Virus record (IMG/VR): IMGVR_UViG_3300045256_000567
Direction: 5' to 3' (one strand)
DNA length: 64,000 nucleotides
DNA from: a virus
Position numbers and translations under genes: made by a program. Positions 15,505 to 25,382 of the stretch are shown here, piece by piece (within the stretch, counting starts at the first letter, position 1; every line of letters begins with the position of its first letter). The notes beneath the pieces are model-generated. The model was not told the DNA's origin. It made no database searches and saw nothing but the letters and a program-made list of their open reading frames with translations.

Positions 15505-17607
15505 ATGTTGGGGTATAAAAAGTTAGTTGGTATTGACATAGAAACATCGTCTGATGACGGAAGGGGGAGCTTGGATCCTATAACTGGTAAGATCGCTCTT
15601 GTTCAGATTGCTGAGGAAGTAGATGGAAAAACTGTGGTTAACCTTTACAGGCCGTGGGATGATAACTTTGGCGATGTAGTTAGGTTATTAGAGGATAAGA
15701 GTGTTTTAAAAATAGGCCATAATTTAAAGTTTGACCTATCCTTTTTTTATATGAATAATGTTTTTCCTGAGCCTGTTTTTGATACGATGGTAGCATCGCA
15801 GGTTTTGTATTCTGGTAATGATTCGCCTGATGATATTTCTGAAGTACTAGAGGCTATAAAATCTGATATGCAGTCTACTCAAGATTGGCTTATCGAAGTT
15901 ACTGGAAAGAAAAAAATTAAAACTACTAGATTTTCTCATTCTTTACAGGCGTGTCTAAAGAGAGAAATAAATATTTTTCTTCCAAAAGATGTTCAACATT
16001 TAAATTGGCTTTCTGGACTATCAGAAGCGCAAAAAGAATACGCAATAAATGATGTTAAATATTTAATTCCATTAGCAAGGACTCTTTGGAGAAAGTTGAA
16101 AAGCTTTGAATTGGAAAAAATAATTGACCTAGAAATGAAGTTTCTTAAAGTTATGGTAATGCTTGAGCTTACTGGAGTAAAAATTGATAAAAAAGGATGG
16201 ACCGAAAATATAGAAAAAGAAAAAAAAGAATTAGAAAAAATTGAGAAAGACCTAAAATTAAATATATATAAAAACTTTGTAAAAAAAGAAAATCAATTAT
16301 CATTAAACTTATTTGATGAAGATTCTTTTAATGCTAATAAAATAAATTTAAATTCTTCTTTACAAATGGCAAAAATTTTTGGATTAAATGATGTTTCAAA
16401 GTTAACTTTACAAAAATTAGACAATCCTATAATTAAAAAATATGAAGAATATAAGAAAAAAGCAAAAGTAGTTTCTACTTATGCTAAAGAATATTTAGAA
16501 AAATTAGATTTTAATGAAAGAATACATAGTTCTTATTCGCAAACTAGAACAGCTACCGGAAGAATTTCTTCATCTTCTCCAAATCTTCAAAATGTACCTC
16601 CTTGGTTTAAAAAATATATTAGAGCTGAAGATGGTTATATTTCTGTATTTGTAGACTATTCACAGGTAGAGCTTAGAATTCTCGCATATCTTTCTGGCGA
16701 TGAAAAGATGATAGAAAGTTGCAATTCAACTGATATACACTCTTCCAACGCTAGAAAAATTTTTAATATACCAGAAAATGAACCAGTTCCATCAGATTTG
16801 AGAAAGAAAGCAAAAACTGTATCTTTTGCAATTCCATATGGTTCATCTGCTTCAGGATTGGTTATGCGCGGAATGTTTAATAATTTAGAAGAAGCAGAAG
16901 AAACAATTAAATTGTTTTACGATAAATTTCCTAAAGTTAAAGAATTTCTTGAATCTAGTGCAAATAAAGCCGAAAAAGGACTTACCAGAGATGCTATTGG
17001 GAGAACAAGAAGGTATGATGTTCCTTATATTTCTCATGAAGAAGAAGATGCATACAAAATGATTAGAGAAATAACTATGAATTCATCAATTAGATTTGAT
17101 GATGAAATAAAAGAAATAGGAATAAATGAATTTGCAAAAAAATATTCTTTAAAGAAAAAGTATATAGATTTAGCACTTTCTTATATAGATAAGAGAAGAA
17201 GAATAAACAAAATTAGAAGGGAAGGTCAAAACCATCCGATTCAAGCAACTTCTGCTTCAATTACAAAAACCGCTATGGTAGATCTTTTAAACTTTTTGTC
17301 CCTAACTGGTTATGGTTATATGACGCTTACTGTACATGATTCTGTATTTTTCGAAATAAAAAAAGACTACATTTTTGAAGCGGTTGAAGGTATAAAAACC
17401 ATAATGGAAAATGCTGGACCTAAAGTGTTTCCTGGTATTATAACTCCTGTTGATATAGAAATAGGAGAAAAAATTATTAAAAATTGCTTTAATTGTGGTA
17501 AAGAAATTGAAATTAATAGATTTGAATTAGATTATTTAAATAGAAACATAATTGACTACGACTATGAAAAATATATTTGCGACAATTGTGTTGCGAAAAA
17601 CAATTAA
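15505..17607 (+). CDS. polA: Family A DNA polymerase (3'-5' exo and pol, no 5'-3' exo)
   Basis: DIET, GHNLKFD, YAINDV exo motifs; ATGRISSSSPNLQN, DYSQVELR, KTVSFAIPYG, VHDS. Start set at ATG 15505. Confidence 0.96.
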   Translation: MLGYKKLVGIDIETSSDDGRGSLDPITGKIALVQIAEEVDGKTVVNLYRPWDDNFGDVVRLLEDKSVLKIGHNLKFDLSFFYMNNVFPEPVFDTMVASQVLYSGNDSPDDISEVLEAIKSDMQSTQDWLIEVTGKKKIKTTRFSHSLQACLKREINIFLPKDVQHLNWLSGLSEAQKEYAINDVKYLIPLARTLWRKLKSFELEKIIDLEMKFLKVMVMLELTGVKIDKKGWTENIEKEKKELEKIEKDLKLNIYKNFVKKENQLSLNLFDEDSFNANKINLNSSLQMAKIFGLNDVSKLTLQKLDNPIIKKYEEYKKKAKVVSTYAKEYLEKLDFNERIHSSYSQTRTATGRISSSSPNLQNVPPWFKKYIRAEDGYISVFVDYSQVELRILAYLSGDEKMIESCNSTDIHSSNARKIFNIPENEPVPSDLRKKAKTVSFAIPYGSSASGLVMRGMFNNLEEAEETIKLFYDKFPKVKEFLESSANKAEKGLTRDAIGRTRRYDVPYISHEEEDAYKMIREITMNSSIRFDDEIKEIGINEFAKKYSLKKKYIDLALSYIDKRRRINKIRREGQNHPIQATSASITKTAMVDLLNFLSLTGYGYMTLTVHDSVFFEIKKDYIFEAVEGIKTIMENAGPKVFPGIITPVDIEIGEKIIKNCFNCGKEIEINRFELDYLNRNIIDYDYEKYICDNCVAKNN

Positions 17608-17677
17608 AGAATGCCCTTGACAAAAATTTAAATTTATTTTATACTCTATGTGTAAAGGGTACTATTGGTGATTAATT

Positions 17678-18232
17678 ATGAATAGCAAGTGGAATAGGCA
17701 AGAAATTAAGAGCTTAATAGATTTGAGAAAAAACGGGTACACTTGGTTTGAGATTTCTAAAAAACTTAACAGGACAAAAGATGCTGTTCGAGTTAAGTAC
17801 AAAAGTGTTGTTTCTAAAGAAGATAATAAAGATAATTATTTTAGTGATCATAAGACTAAAAAAATTATTGATAAAAAAGGTAGAGAACTGACATTTTGGA
17901 CAAAAGAAATGGTAGTAGATCTTGTTCAAATGAAGTCTTCTGGATTTTCTTGGAGAGAGATAGCTAAAAAGTTAAAAGTTACACCAAAAGCGGCAGAACA
18001 CAAATATCGTTATTTATTAAGAGCCGATGCAAAATCTTTATTTATTCAAAATGAAACAGAAAAGAAAAATTTAGAAAATTTAATAGATTCGTATAGATAT
18101 GTAGTGAAAAAGTTAATAGGTAAAGGAAATGAATATTTAGAAAGTATTTTAGCAGCCGAGAATTACTTTTTACGTACACAAAATAAAGAAGGTTTTTTTG
18201 AATTGATAAAGACAATAAAAAATTCATCTTAA
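17678..18232 (+). CDS. Tandem HTH (Myb-like) DNA-binding protein
   Basis: Two W-x-x-x-E...G.(T/S)W.EI.KKL repeats. Confidence 0.7.
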   Translation: MNSKWNRQEIKSLIDLRKNGYTWFEISKKLNRTKDAVRVKYKSVVSKEDNKDNYFSDHKTKKIIDKKGRELTFWTKEMVVDLVQMKSSGFSWREIAKKLKVTPKAAEHKYRYLLRADAKSLFIQNETEKKNLENLIDSYRYVVKKLIGKGNEYLESILAAENYFLRTQNKEGFFELIKTIKNSS

Positions 18233-18274
18233 AATTAAGACTCCCCGAAACAAAAAAACGGGGAGTCTTAATTT
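18232..18274. terminator. Bidirectional terminator
   Basis: 16-bp perfect inverted repeat AAATTAAGACTCCCCG/CGGGGAGTCTTAATTT between convergent genes. Confidence 0.85.
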
Positions 18275-18283
18275 CTTTTAAGG

Positions 18284-19516
18284 CTAACGAGTGTAAGCGT
18301 CTGAAATCCAACCAATAATATTACCAGCGTTGTCATATACAGGAATAGCGCCATAAGGACCAGTGATATAAGACTTGCTGTCTGGGTATGCTTTACCAGA
18401 TTCCATTACAGTATAATCAAAAGTGTCTCCGAATTGAACAGGAACACCTATTGCTACACCACCACTATCTATTAAAACTACCCCATCTGAATAATTGCTT
18501 CCCTGGAAAGCTAAATATACTGTTACATTTTGTTTTATTCCAGGAGTACCAGGAACTACTTGCACAGAATAAGTAGAAGGACGGAACCAATCTTTTAGTC
18601 CTTCAGAAAGTATAGTTTTAGCTAATGATTTAAATGAATTTTTGGCAGTAGCATTTGTTATATTATTTGCAGCAGTATCTACTGCGTTAGAAACCAAAAC
18701 ATTAAAATCAATTAATCTTTCAGGTCTTCCAATAATAGTATAATTTCCGTTTAATGGTTTTTCTAAAGTTGCTGTATAAGGGAAAAATTCTAATCCGCAA
18801 ATATCAAGAACCACATCTTTTACATTACCTTTTGCTAGGGTATCAGAAAAAGAAAATAATCTTTCGTCGTCTAATAGTGGCCTATTATCATGACTGAATT
18901 TTTGATTTAAATCAAATCTCAGCCAAATATCACCATTATCAAGTTGTTCTAAAGTAATAGATGTGCAAGTAGAAAGTTTTTTAGTAAACCAATAAGTAAA
19001 TAAAGATTTTGGGTTACTTAAATAATCGACAAACATGTTATCATTGTAAGTACTAGGAGAAGCTGAAACATCTGATTTTAGTAGGTCAAAGAAGTCATTA
19101 AAAGCTACTGCATAGTAATCGTGGCTAGCTAATCTATAGTCACCTACACGGAATAGAAGAATTGGCACGACCTTTGCATCTTCATAAGCTTTGAGTAGTT
19201 CAAAAGCGCTTAAATCAACATTAGTGTCAAAAACTGGAGATGAAGTAGAAGCACCGAAAACTAATCGTAAAGATTTTCCTACTGTGTATCTATCATCTAA
19301 CTCCGATGGTGAAACAGCTTGAAATTTTATAGAACTAGTAGATGTATCCCAAACAGGGACAACCTCAGCACTCACACCTCCATAAATTGCAGGGTTTAAG
19401 AATATATTTATTTCTTTGTTATCTGAAGACCTCACAAAATATGAATATCTACCACTATAAGACGCAACTGCCCATTTTGCACCCAAGTATTTTACACTGT
19501 ACCCGCTTCCTGTCAT
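18284..19516 (-). CDS. Hypothetical, probably virion structural protein
   Basis: 410 aa, S/V/G-rich, strong AAGGAGG SD. Confidence 0.7.
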   Translation of the reverse strand: MTGSGYSVKYLGAKWAVASYSGRYSYFVRSSDNKEINIFLNPAIYGGVSAEVVPVWDTSTSSIKFQAVSPSELDDRYTVGKSLRLVFGASTSSPVFDTNVDLSAFELLKAYEDAKVVPILLFRVGDYRLASHDYYAVAFNDFFDLLKSDVSASPSTYNDNMFVDYLSNPKSLFTYWFTKKLSTCTSITLEQLDNGDIWLRFDLNQKFSHDNRPLLDDERLFSFSDTLAKGNVKDVVLDICGLEFFPYTATLEKPLNGNYTIIGRPERLIDFNVLVSNAVDTAANNITNATAKNSFKSLAKTILSEGLKDWFRPSTYSVQVVPGTPGIKQNVTVYLAFQGSNYSDGVVLIDSGGVAIGVPVQFGDTFDYTVMESGKAYPDSKSYITGPYGAIPVYDNAGNIIGWISDAYTR

Positions 19517-19567
19517 AAATTTATAATACCTCCTTTAAGTATTATACTTTTATATTTGTAATATTTT

Positions 19568-19861
19568 TTACTGGAATTTTTCTTTTTTTATCGCCTCTAT
19601 AAAATTTCCTAAAAATACTAAAGAAATTCCTAAAATTTCAATTGAAAGATATAAAAAATCATTAGTAAAGGAATTACTATTATCAAAAGAAACTCCTATC
19701 AAAAATATTATACTTCCAATAAATTTTAACCATACAGATTCCCTATTGTCATGGACAACACTGTAATATCTCATTAAAAAAAGAAAAATTATATTATATA
19801 CTGAATAAGCCACAATTATAGTTTTAAAAAATTCCTTTGTAACCTCTATAAAAGCATCCAT
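19568..19861 (-). CDS. Small membrane protein
   Basis: Three hydrophobic segments; GAGGAG SD. Confidence 0.7.
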   Translation of the reverse strand: MDAFIEVTKEFFKTIIVAYSVYNIIFLFLMRYYSVVHDNRESVWLKFIGSIIFLIGVSFDNSNSFTNDFLYLSIEILGISLVFLGNFIEAIKKEKFQ

Positions 19862-19886
19862 ATGCTCCTCTATCTGTATTTTACTA

Positions 19887-20132
19887 CTAGTTTTTGTTTT
19901 CTTTATTTATTTTATCATCTTTTAATGTTTTATATTCTTTATACATTTTTTCGTCTTTTATCATTTTGCTTGTAAATTCTTGTACACCTAATAATGCACC
20001 CCAAGCTGCTCCAAGGAAGACAGCCCAACCATTTGGAATATCCGAATTAGTAATAATGGTTTTTATAAAAAAAGAAAAAGATGCTATAAATGTAAAAAAT
20101 AGTAGAAATTTTTTTTCTAAATTGCTGTCCAT
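19887..20132 (-). CDS. Small membrane protein (possible holin-like)
   Basis: Two hydrophobic segments and a charged C-terminal tail. Confidence 0.6.
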   Translation of the reverse strand: MDSNLEKKFLLFFTFIASFSFFIKTIITNSDIPNGWAVFLGAAWGALLGVQEFTSKMIKDEKMYKEYKTLKDDKINKENKN

Positions 20133-20235
20133 AAATGCTATACCTTTTATATTTTATAGAGTGTTTTTTGTTTTTTCTGTTTGCTGTACGACTCTTGACA
20201 TAGAAGAAATGCATGTGTATCATGTTGATGTGCAT

Positions 20236-20311
20236 GGGACGTTAGCTCAGAGGTGAGAGCAGTCGGCTCATAACCGATTGGTCGCAGGTTCAAATCCTGC
20301 ACGTCCCACCA
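20236..20311 (+). tRNA. tRNA with CAT anticodon, probably tRNA-Ile2 (lysidine) rather than Met
   Basis: Full cloverleaf GGGACGT/ACGTCCC, GTCGG-CTCATAA-CCGAT, TTCAAAT, encoded CCA; TTGACA-N17-TATCAT promoter upstream. Confidence 0.92.
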
Positions 20312-20333
20312 AATTTTTTTAATATTTGTTAAA

Positions 20334-20440
20334 GTGACGACTCCCAATTCTTTAGAATTGGGAGTTGTCACTTCATATACAAGAAATTTAGTTGCATTCA
20401 TCCTACGCATAAAGGCGTAGGTTTTCTGCAAATCAATGTT
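20334..20440 (-). mobile_element. Minimal 107-bp LE+RE element M4 (RE palindrome P3 at 20334-20371)
   Basis: TTAT at 20444-20441, LE hairpin CCTACGCCTTTATGCGTAGG, palindromic RE ending GTCGTCAC at 20334. Confidence 0.88.
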
Positions 20441-20454
20441 ATAATAAAAACAAG

Positions 20455-21489
20455 TTGAAACGCATAGAAGATATCTATAAAAAGAAAATAAATGATATTG
20501 TAAAAAAGAAATTACCGTATATTGTTGCTAATGAAAATATACTTGAAAATCCTGATAAAAAAATAAAAGTAAAAATTCCTATTTTAGAAGAACCATATTT
20601 TAAACCCCATTACTCATCTGACAGTAAAGGATCAGGTGGGTTAGATTCTGGTAATGGAAAAGGGCAACCAGGAGAAAGTAGCGCTGATTATGTTGTTGAA
20701 GCAGAATTTTCTGTAGATGAGATTGCAGAACTAATTTTTGAGCAATTAGGATTACCAAAGTTAAAACCCAAAAAATCTGGAGAAGAAATAGATGAAATAA
20801 AAGTAAATGGAATTTCAAAAACTGGTCCAATGTCTAGAATTCACAGAAGAAAAACTCTACAAGAAATTATAAAAAAGAGTAGAGTTACAAAAGATGATTT
20901 AAGGTATAGAGATTTAAGAGTATTAAAAAATCCAATATTAAAAGCAGTTATTTATTTAGCAAGAGATTTTTCTGGTTCAATGACTGAAGAAAAAAAATAT
21001 AAAGTAAGATCTGCATCATTCTGGATTTTAAAATTTTTGGAAAAAAACTATCCTTTTGTAAAATTAAAATTTGTACTTCATGATACAGAGGCGTTTTTTT
21101 CTGACGAAGATACATTTTTTAAAGCTAATACTGGAGGAGGAACAAGAATATCTTCAGCATTTAAATTGATTTATAAAGATATAAAAGAAATAGATGATGG
21201 AGAAACTAATTTTTATGTTTTTTACTTTTCTGATGGAGAAAATGAGCATCATGATAATTTACCTGCTGTTGAATTTATTGAAAAACTTAACACGAGTGTA
21301 AATATGCTTGGTTATACGCAAGTAACATATTCATCCAATTACTTATATACAGGAATGTACGACTATTTATTTGATAAAATTTTAGAAATAGAAAAGAAAA
21401 AAAGAAATTTAGAAAACGTAAAGATATCAATTTTTTCTAGTGTAAAACAAACTCTACTTACTTTTTTTGGAGACGCTATAGATGGATAA
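20455..21489 (+). CDS. yeaH: YeaH/YhbH (DUF444) vWA-like protein
   Basis: IPILEEPYF...GQPG, DFSGSM MIDAS, GGGT, YFSDGEN. Confidence 0.88.
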   Translation: MKRIEDIYKKKINDIVKKKLPYIVANENILENPDKKIKVKIPILEEPYFKPHYSSDSKGSGGLDSGNGKGQPGESSADYVVEAEFSVDEIAELIFEQLGLPKLKPKKSGEEIDEIKVNGISKTGPMSRIHRRKTLQEIIKKSRVTKDDLRYRDLRVLKNPILKAVIYLARDFSGSMTEEKKYKVRSASFWILKFLEKNYPFVKLKFVLHDTEAFFSDEDTFFKANTGGGTRISSAFKLIYKDIKEIDDGETNFYVFYFSDGENEHHDNLPAVEFIEKLNTSVNMLGYTQVTYSSNYLYTGMYDYLFDKILEIEKKKRNLENVKISIFSSVKQTLLTFFGDAIDG

Positions 21490-22813
21490 TTTTACAAAAT
21501 ATAGACAATCTTTTGATAATAATTATCAAAAGGATGCTAGAGATATATATGATTTTGTAGTAAATGATCTTGGATTAAAACCTAAAGATACAGATTTTAT
21601 AAAAGCTGATCAAAGTAGAATTTTGATGCTTGTGGCTTATCTATTTCCATTAGCTCTTCCTCATTGGAGTAGAGGTAGGGACTATATAATTGCCAAGAAA
21701 GAAAGTAAGAATTCTAAAATATACGAAATTGTATTTAATACAACACCATCATTAGCATATATACTAGATACTGCTAAACATGGAGAAATTAAATTTATAA
21801 TTGCACACGTTTACGGTCATACACATATTTATGGAAATTCTATATACGAAAATTCCGATAGTGATATTTTACAAAAATTAAGATATGCTTTGGACTTATA
21901 TCATGAAAAAGAAAGTATATATGGAATGGAGCATATAGACAAATTTATAGAATTTGTGCATTCGCTAAGATATATTTTTTCTTCAAAAAAATTTGTAAAA
22001 AACTATGGATTTAATTTTAAAAAAGAAGAAAAAGATCCAATATTAAGTAAATCCATATTAAAAAATGTATATAAAAATAATTTAGATAATAGGCAAAATA
22101 TAGAAGACAAAGATGATGACTTGTTTAATTATATAATTAACAACTCTCCTCTAGAGGATTGGGAAAAATACTTAGCTTATGTAGAAAAAGAATTTTCTGA
22201 TCATGTATATGAAAGAGCAAAGTTAAAATATGTACATGAAGGTTTTGCAACATGGACTCACAGAAAAACATTTTTGAAACTATTCAATGAAAAAGATTTT
22301 TTTGAAAGCTTATTTCTTGATATAGGTATTTATCCTGATATAAAAAACCCGTATTGGTTTGGTTCAAAAATTTTAGAAGCTTTAGAAGATGAGGGGTATA
22401 ATATACCTGAATTAGTAAAAACAATTTCCGATGGGGAATTATTTTACGGATATTTTTCTAAAGATATATGGAAAAGAATAGTATTTGAATTTAAAAATGA
22501 GGTTAGCAAAGAAGAGCTTAATGAACTTTATGAAAAGTATGAAGAAATAAAAAACATGTTTGTTAAAGGATATGCTTATCAACAGCTTCCAAAAATTTAT
22601 ATAGACAATTACCCATCTTTATATCAATCTAAAGAAAGCTGGATAGTTGTAAATAAAATACTTGACGATAAAGATAATAAAAATTTTGAATTAAAACTCA
22701 CTTCCGATACTCCGCTAGACGAAGCATACGCAAAAGGAACAGTAGAACATATAGCTAATGTTTGGAAAGGTAATGTTACTTTAAGATACCCGAACCCACA
22801 AAACAAAAAATAG
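21482..22813 (+). CDS. spoVR: SpoVR-family protein
   Basis: HWSRG, IYEIVFN, AHVYGH, EGFATWTH, NPYWFG. Confidence 0.9.
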   Translation: MDNFTKYRQSFDNNYQKDARDIYDFVVNDLGLKPKDTDFIKADQSRILMLVAYLFPLALPHWSRGRDYIIAKKESKNSKIYEIVFNTTPSLAYILDTAKHGEIKFIIAHVYGHTHIYGNSIYENSDSDILQKLRYALDLYHEKESIYGMEHIDKFIEFVHSLRYIFSSKKFVKNYGFNFKKEEKDPILSKSILKNVYKNNLDNRQNIEDKDDDLFNYIINNSPLEDWEKYLAYVEKEFSDHVYERAKLKYVHEGFATWTHRKTFLKLFNEKDFFESLFLDIGIYPDIKNPYWFGSKILEALEDEGYNIPELVKTISDGELFYGYFSKDIWKRIVFEFKNEVSKEELNELYEKYEEIKNMFVKGYAYQQLPKIYIDNYPSLYQSKESWIVVNKILDDKDNKNFELKLTSDTPLDEAYAKGTVEHIANVWKGNVTLRYPNPQNKK

Positions 22814-22838
22814 ATTTTTGTGTTAAAATTAGAATAAC

Positions 22839-24710
22839 ATGTTAAACTTTAATTCCTTAAAATCTCCGAGTTGGAAAGGAAATTTTAAACAGTGGTTTGA
22901 AGAAATTTTTTTAAAAAATCCAGAAAAATATTCAAGAAGTTCTCACAAATATTTGTATGATGCCCTTTATTATTTTGGAGAAACAAAAGGAATCCCTAAA
23001 AAACTAAAAGATGAAATCTACGGAGTAGACGAATCTCTTAATGAATTTTTAAAAATTCTTAAAGCAGCTTCTGAAAATCATGATGTACGAAGAAGGATTC
23101 TATTGCTTGTAGGTCCAGTAGGTACAGCTAAAAGTACTTTAGTATATATAATTAAAAGAATACTGGAAGAGTATTCTTATACAGAAGATGGGGAAATTTT
23201 TGCAATTTCTGATTGCCCAATGCAAGAAGATCCACTTCATCTTATTCCACAACATTTGCGAAAACATATTTATGATGAATATGGAGTAGAAATAGAAGGA
23301 GAACTATGTCCGGTATGTCAATATAACTTGGAAAACAAATATAATGGGAATATAGAGAATGTAGAAATTGAAAGATTTGTTTTTTCTGAAGCTAAAAGAA
23401 GAGGTATTGCTACTTTTGTTCCAGGTGATTATAACTCCCAAGATATTTCAGTATTGGTTGGGACAGAAAACTTTTTACAATATCAGAAATATGGTGACTT
23501 TTCACATCCATTATCCTGGAATTTTAATGGTTCTCTTTTCAATGCTAATAGGGGGCTTCATGAATTTGTAGAAATTCATAAAGCTAAACCCGATTTATTA
23601 TTTCCATTGTTAGTTTTAGCTCAAGAAAGACAAATTAAGGTTGATAGGTTTGGTTTAATTTCTGCTGATGAAGTATTAATTGCTCATACAAACTATACAG
23701 AATATCAAAAATTTATTAGCAAAAAAGAAAATGAGGCTTTTAAAGATAGAACTAGAGAAATTGAATGGAAATATAATCTTTCATTAGATAATGAAGAAAA
23801 GATTTACCAAAAAATGCTGAAACAGAAAAAATCAAAAACTCATATTGCTCCTTTTACTCTAAGATTCGTTGCTGCTATATCCATTTTGAGTAGACTAGAA
23901 GAGGAAAGGACAAAAGAAGATTCTAAAGGGAAGGGATATACTATGCTTGATTTATTGAAATTATATAATCATGAATTTGATGATAGACTTAGAGAAGAGG
24001 ATTTAGAATCTGCAATGCATAAAAATGATGGGAAAAAAGGAATTTCCCCAAGAATAGCTGTTGATTCCATTTCTTTTGCAATGTCAAAAAATTCTTCTGT
24101 AATGCCATATGATGCTATAAATGAACTTTATGAATTATCAAATAAACAATCATCAGATATAAATCCAGATAAATTAGAAAAACTTATTGAAATTTACAAA
24201 CCAGAATATCATAAATGGATAAAATCTGTAGTCTTTGAAGCATTTATAGGGTCTTCATTTGCTAAAGAATGTAAGGTATATTTTGATAAATATATAGAAC
24301 ATGCATTTTCGTCTGTGGAAAATGGTAAAGTAAAAGATCCATTTACCGGTAAATATGTAGATTTTGACGAAAAATATTTAAGATCAATAGAAGATGTTAT
24401 TGGTATTACAAAAGAACAAGCTAGAGATTTTAGGTCTAAACTTCTAATAAAAATATCAGCATTAATGAGAGAGAAAAAAGAATTTGGTTATGATGTAAAC
24501 CCAAAATTAAAAGAAGCTATCGAAAAGAAAGTAATGGAAGATAAGGCAAATTTCATTAGAGGTACTATTACATCTTATGTGCATAACGATGAACAACTTC
24601 AAGCTTTAAATGAGGCTAGAAAGTTTTTAGTTGATAAGTATGGATTTAATGATGAAAGTGCTTCCGATGCAATAAAATTGGTAGCTAGCTTACTAGACAA
24701 CACGGCTTAA
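22839..24710 (+). CDS. prkA: PrkA-family AAA+ serine kinase/ATPase
   Basis: GPVGTAKST Walker A, CPMQEDPL, ANRGLHEFVE, AHTN. Confidence 0.93.
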   Translation: MLNFNSLKSPSWKGNFKQWFEEIFLKNPEKYSRSSHKYLYDALYYFGETKGIPKKLKDEIYGVDESLNEFLKILKAASENHDVRRRILLLVGPVGTAKSTLVYIIKRILEEYSYTEDGEIFAISDCPMQEDPLHLIPQHLRKHIYDEYGVEIEGELCPVCQYNLENKYNGNIENVEIERFVFSEAKRRGIATFVPGDYNSQDISVLVGTENFLQYQKYGDFSHPLSWNFNGSLFNANRGLHEFVEIHKAKPDLLFPLLVLAQERQIKVDRFGLISADEVLIAHTNYTEYQKFISKKENEAFKDRTREIEWKYNLSLDNEEKIYQKMLKQKKSKTHIAPFTLRFVAAISILSRLEEERTKEDSKGKGYTMLDLLKLYNHEFDDRLREEDLESAMHKNDGKKGISPRIAVDSISFAMSKNSSVMPYDAINELYELSNKQSSDINPDKLEKLIEIYKPEYHKWIKSVVFEAFIGSSFAKECKVYFDKYIEHAFSSVENGKVKDPFTGKYVDFDEKYLRSIEDVIGITKEQARDFRSKLLIKISALMREKKEFGYDVNPKLKEAIEKKVMEDKANFIRGTITSYVHNDEQLQALNEARKFLVDKYGFNDESASDAIKLVASLLDNTA

Positions 24711-24737
24711 TTTTGTAAAATAAATAAATACACTTAG

Positions 24738-24814
24738 GGGGGATTAGCTCAGCGGACAAGAGCAAGCGCCTTCTAAGCGTTAGGTCGCAGGTTCGATTCC
24801 TGCATCCCCCGCCA
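24738..24814 (+). tRNA. tRNA-Arg(TCT)
   Basis: GGGGGAT/ATCCCCC acceptor stem, AGCGC-CTTCTAA-GCGTT, TTCGATT, encoded CCA. Confidence 0.93.
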
Positions 24815-24830
24815 TATTTTTTGGAGGATT

Positions 24831-25382
24831 ATGGAGTATAATCTTGTAGGTATAATAGGAAAAGCTGGTTCAGGTAAAGATAAATTTTTTAGTACAGTTT
24901 TAGCTAAATATAACTATACTAGATTGGCATTAGCGGATCCTGTAAAAGTTATTACCTGTTTCTATCTTTTAAATTCTATACCTATAAAAGATGAAAAAGA
25001 TAGGCTTAGACTTTTTTCTTCCGTATATAAAGAAGTATTTTCAATGGATAAATCTTCTTTAATTAGAATATTGCTTCAGCAAGTAGGTACAGAAGTTGCT
25101 AGAGAACAAATTTCTCCAGATTTTTGGATAGATATAGCAACTCCACTTGTATTAGAAAGACTAGAAAAGAAAATAAAAGTTGCCATTACAGATATAAGGT
25201 TTATAAATGAAGCAAAATGGATTAAGAGCTTAGGCGGATATATTATAAAGATAGAAAACAAAGGAAAATACAGTGATAAAAGCAATGAAGCTAACCATGC
25301 TTCCGAAAAAGAATTGGAAGATATCAAATATGATTTTACATCAGATGAGTTTGAAAAAGTTTTGAACCAATACTATGAGTAG
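24831..25382 (+). CDS. Deoxynucleoside monophosphate kinase
   Basis: GKAGSGKD, LADPVK, LQQVGTE, TDIRFINE, HASE. Confidence 0.9.
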   Translation: MEYNLVGIIGKAGSGKDKFFSTVLAKYNYTRLALADPVKVITCFYLLNSIPIKDEKDRLRLFSSVYKEVFSMDKSSLIRILLQQVGTEVAREQISPDFWIDIATPLVLERLEKKIKVAITDIRFINEAKWIKSLGGYIIKIENKGKYSDKSNEANHASEKELEDIKYDFTSDEFEKVLNQYYE

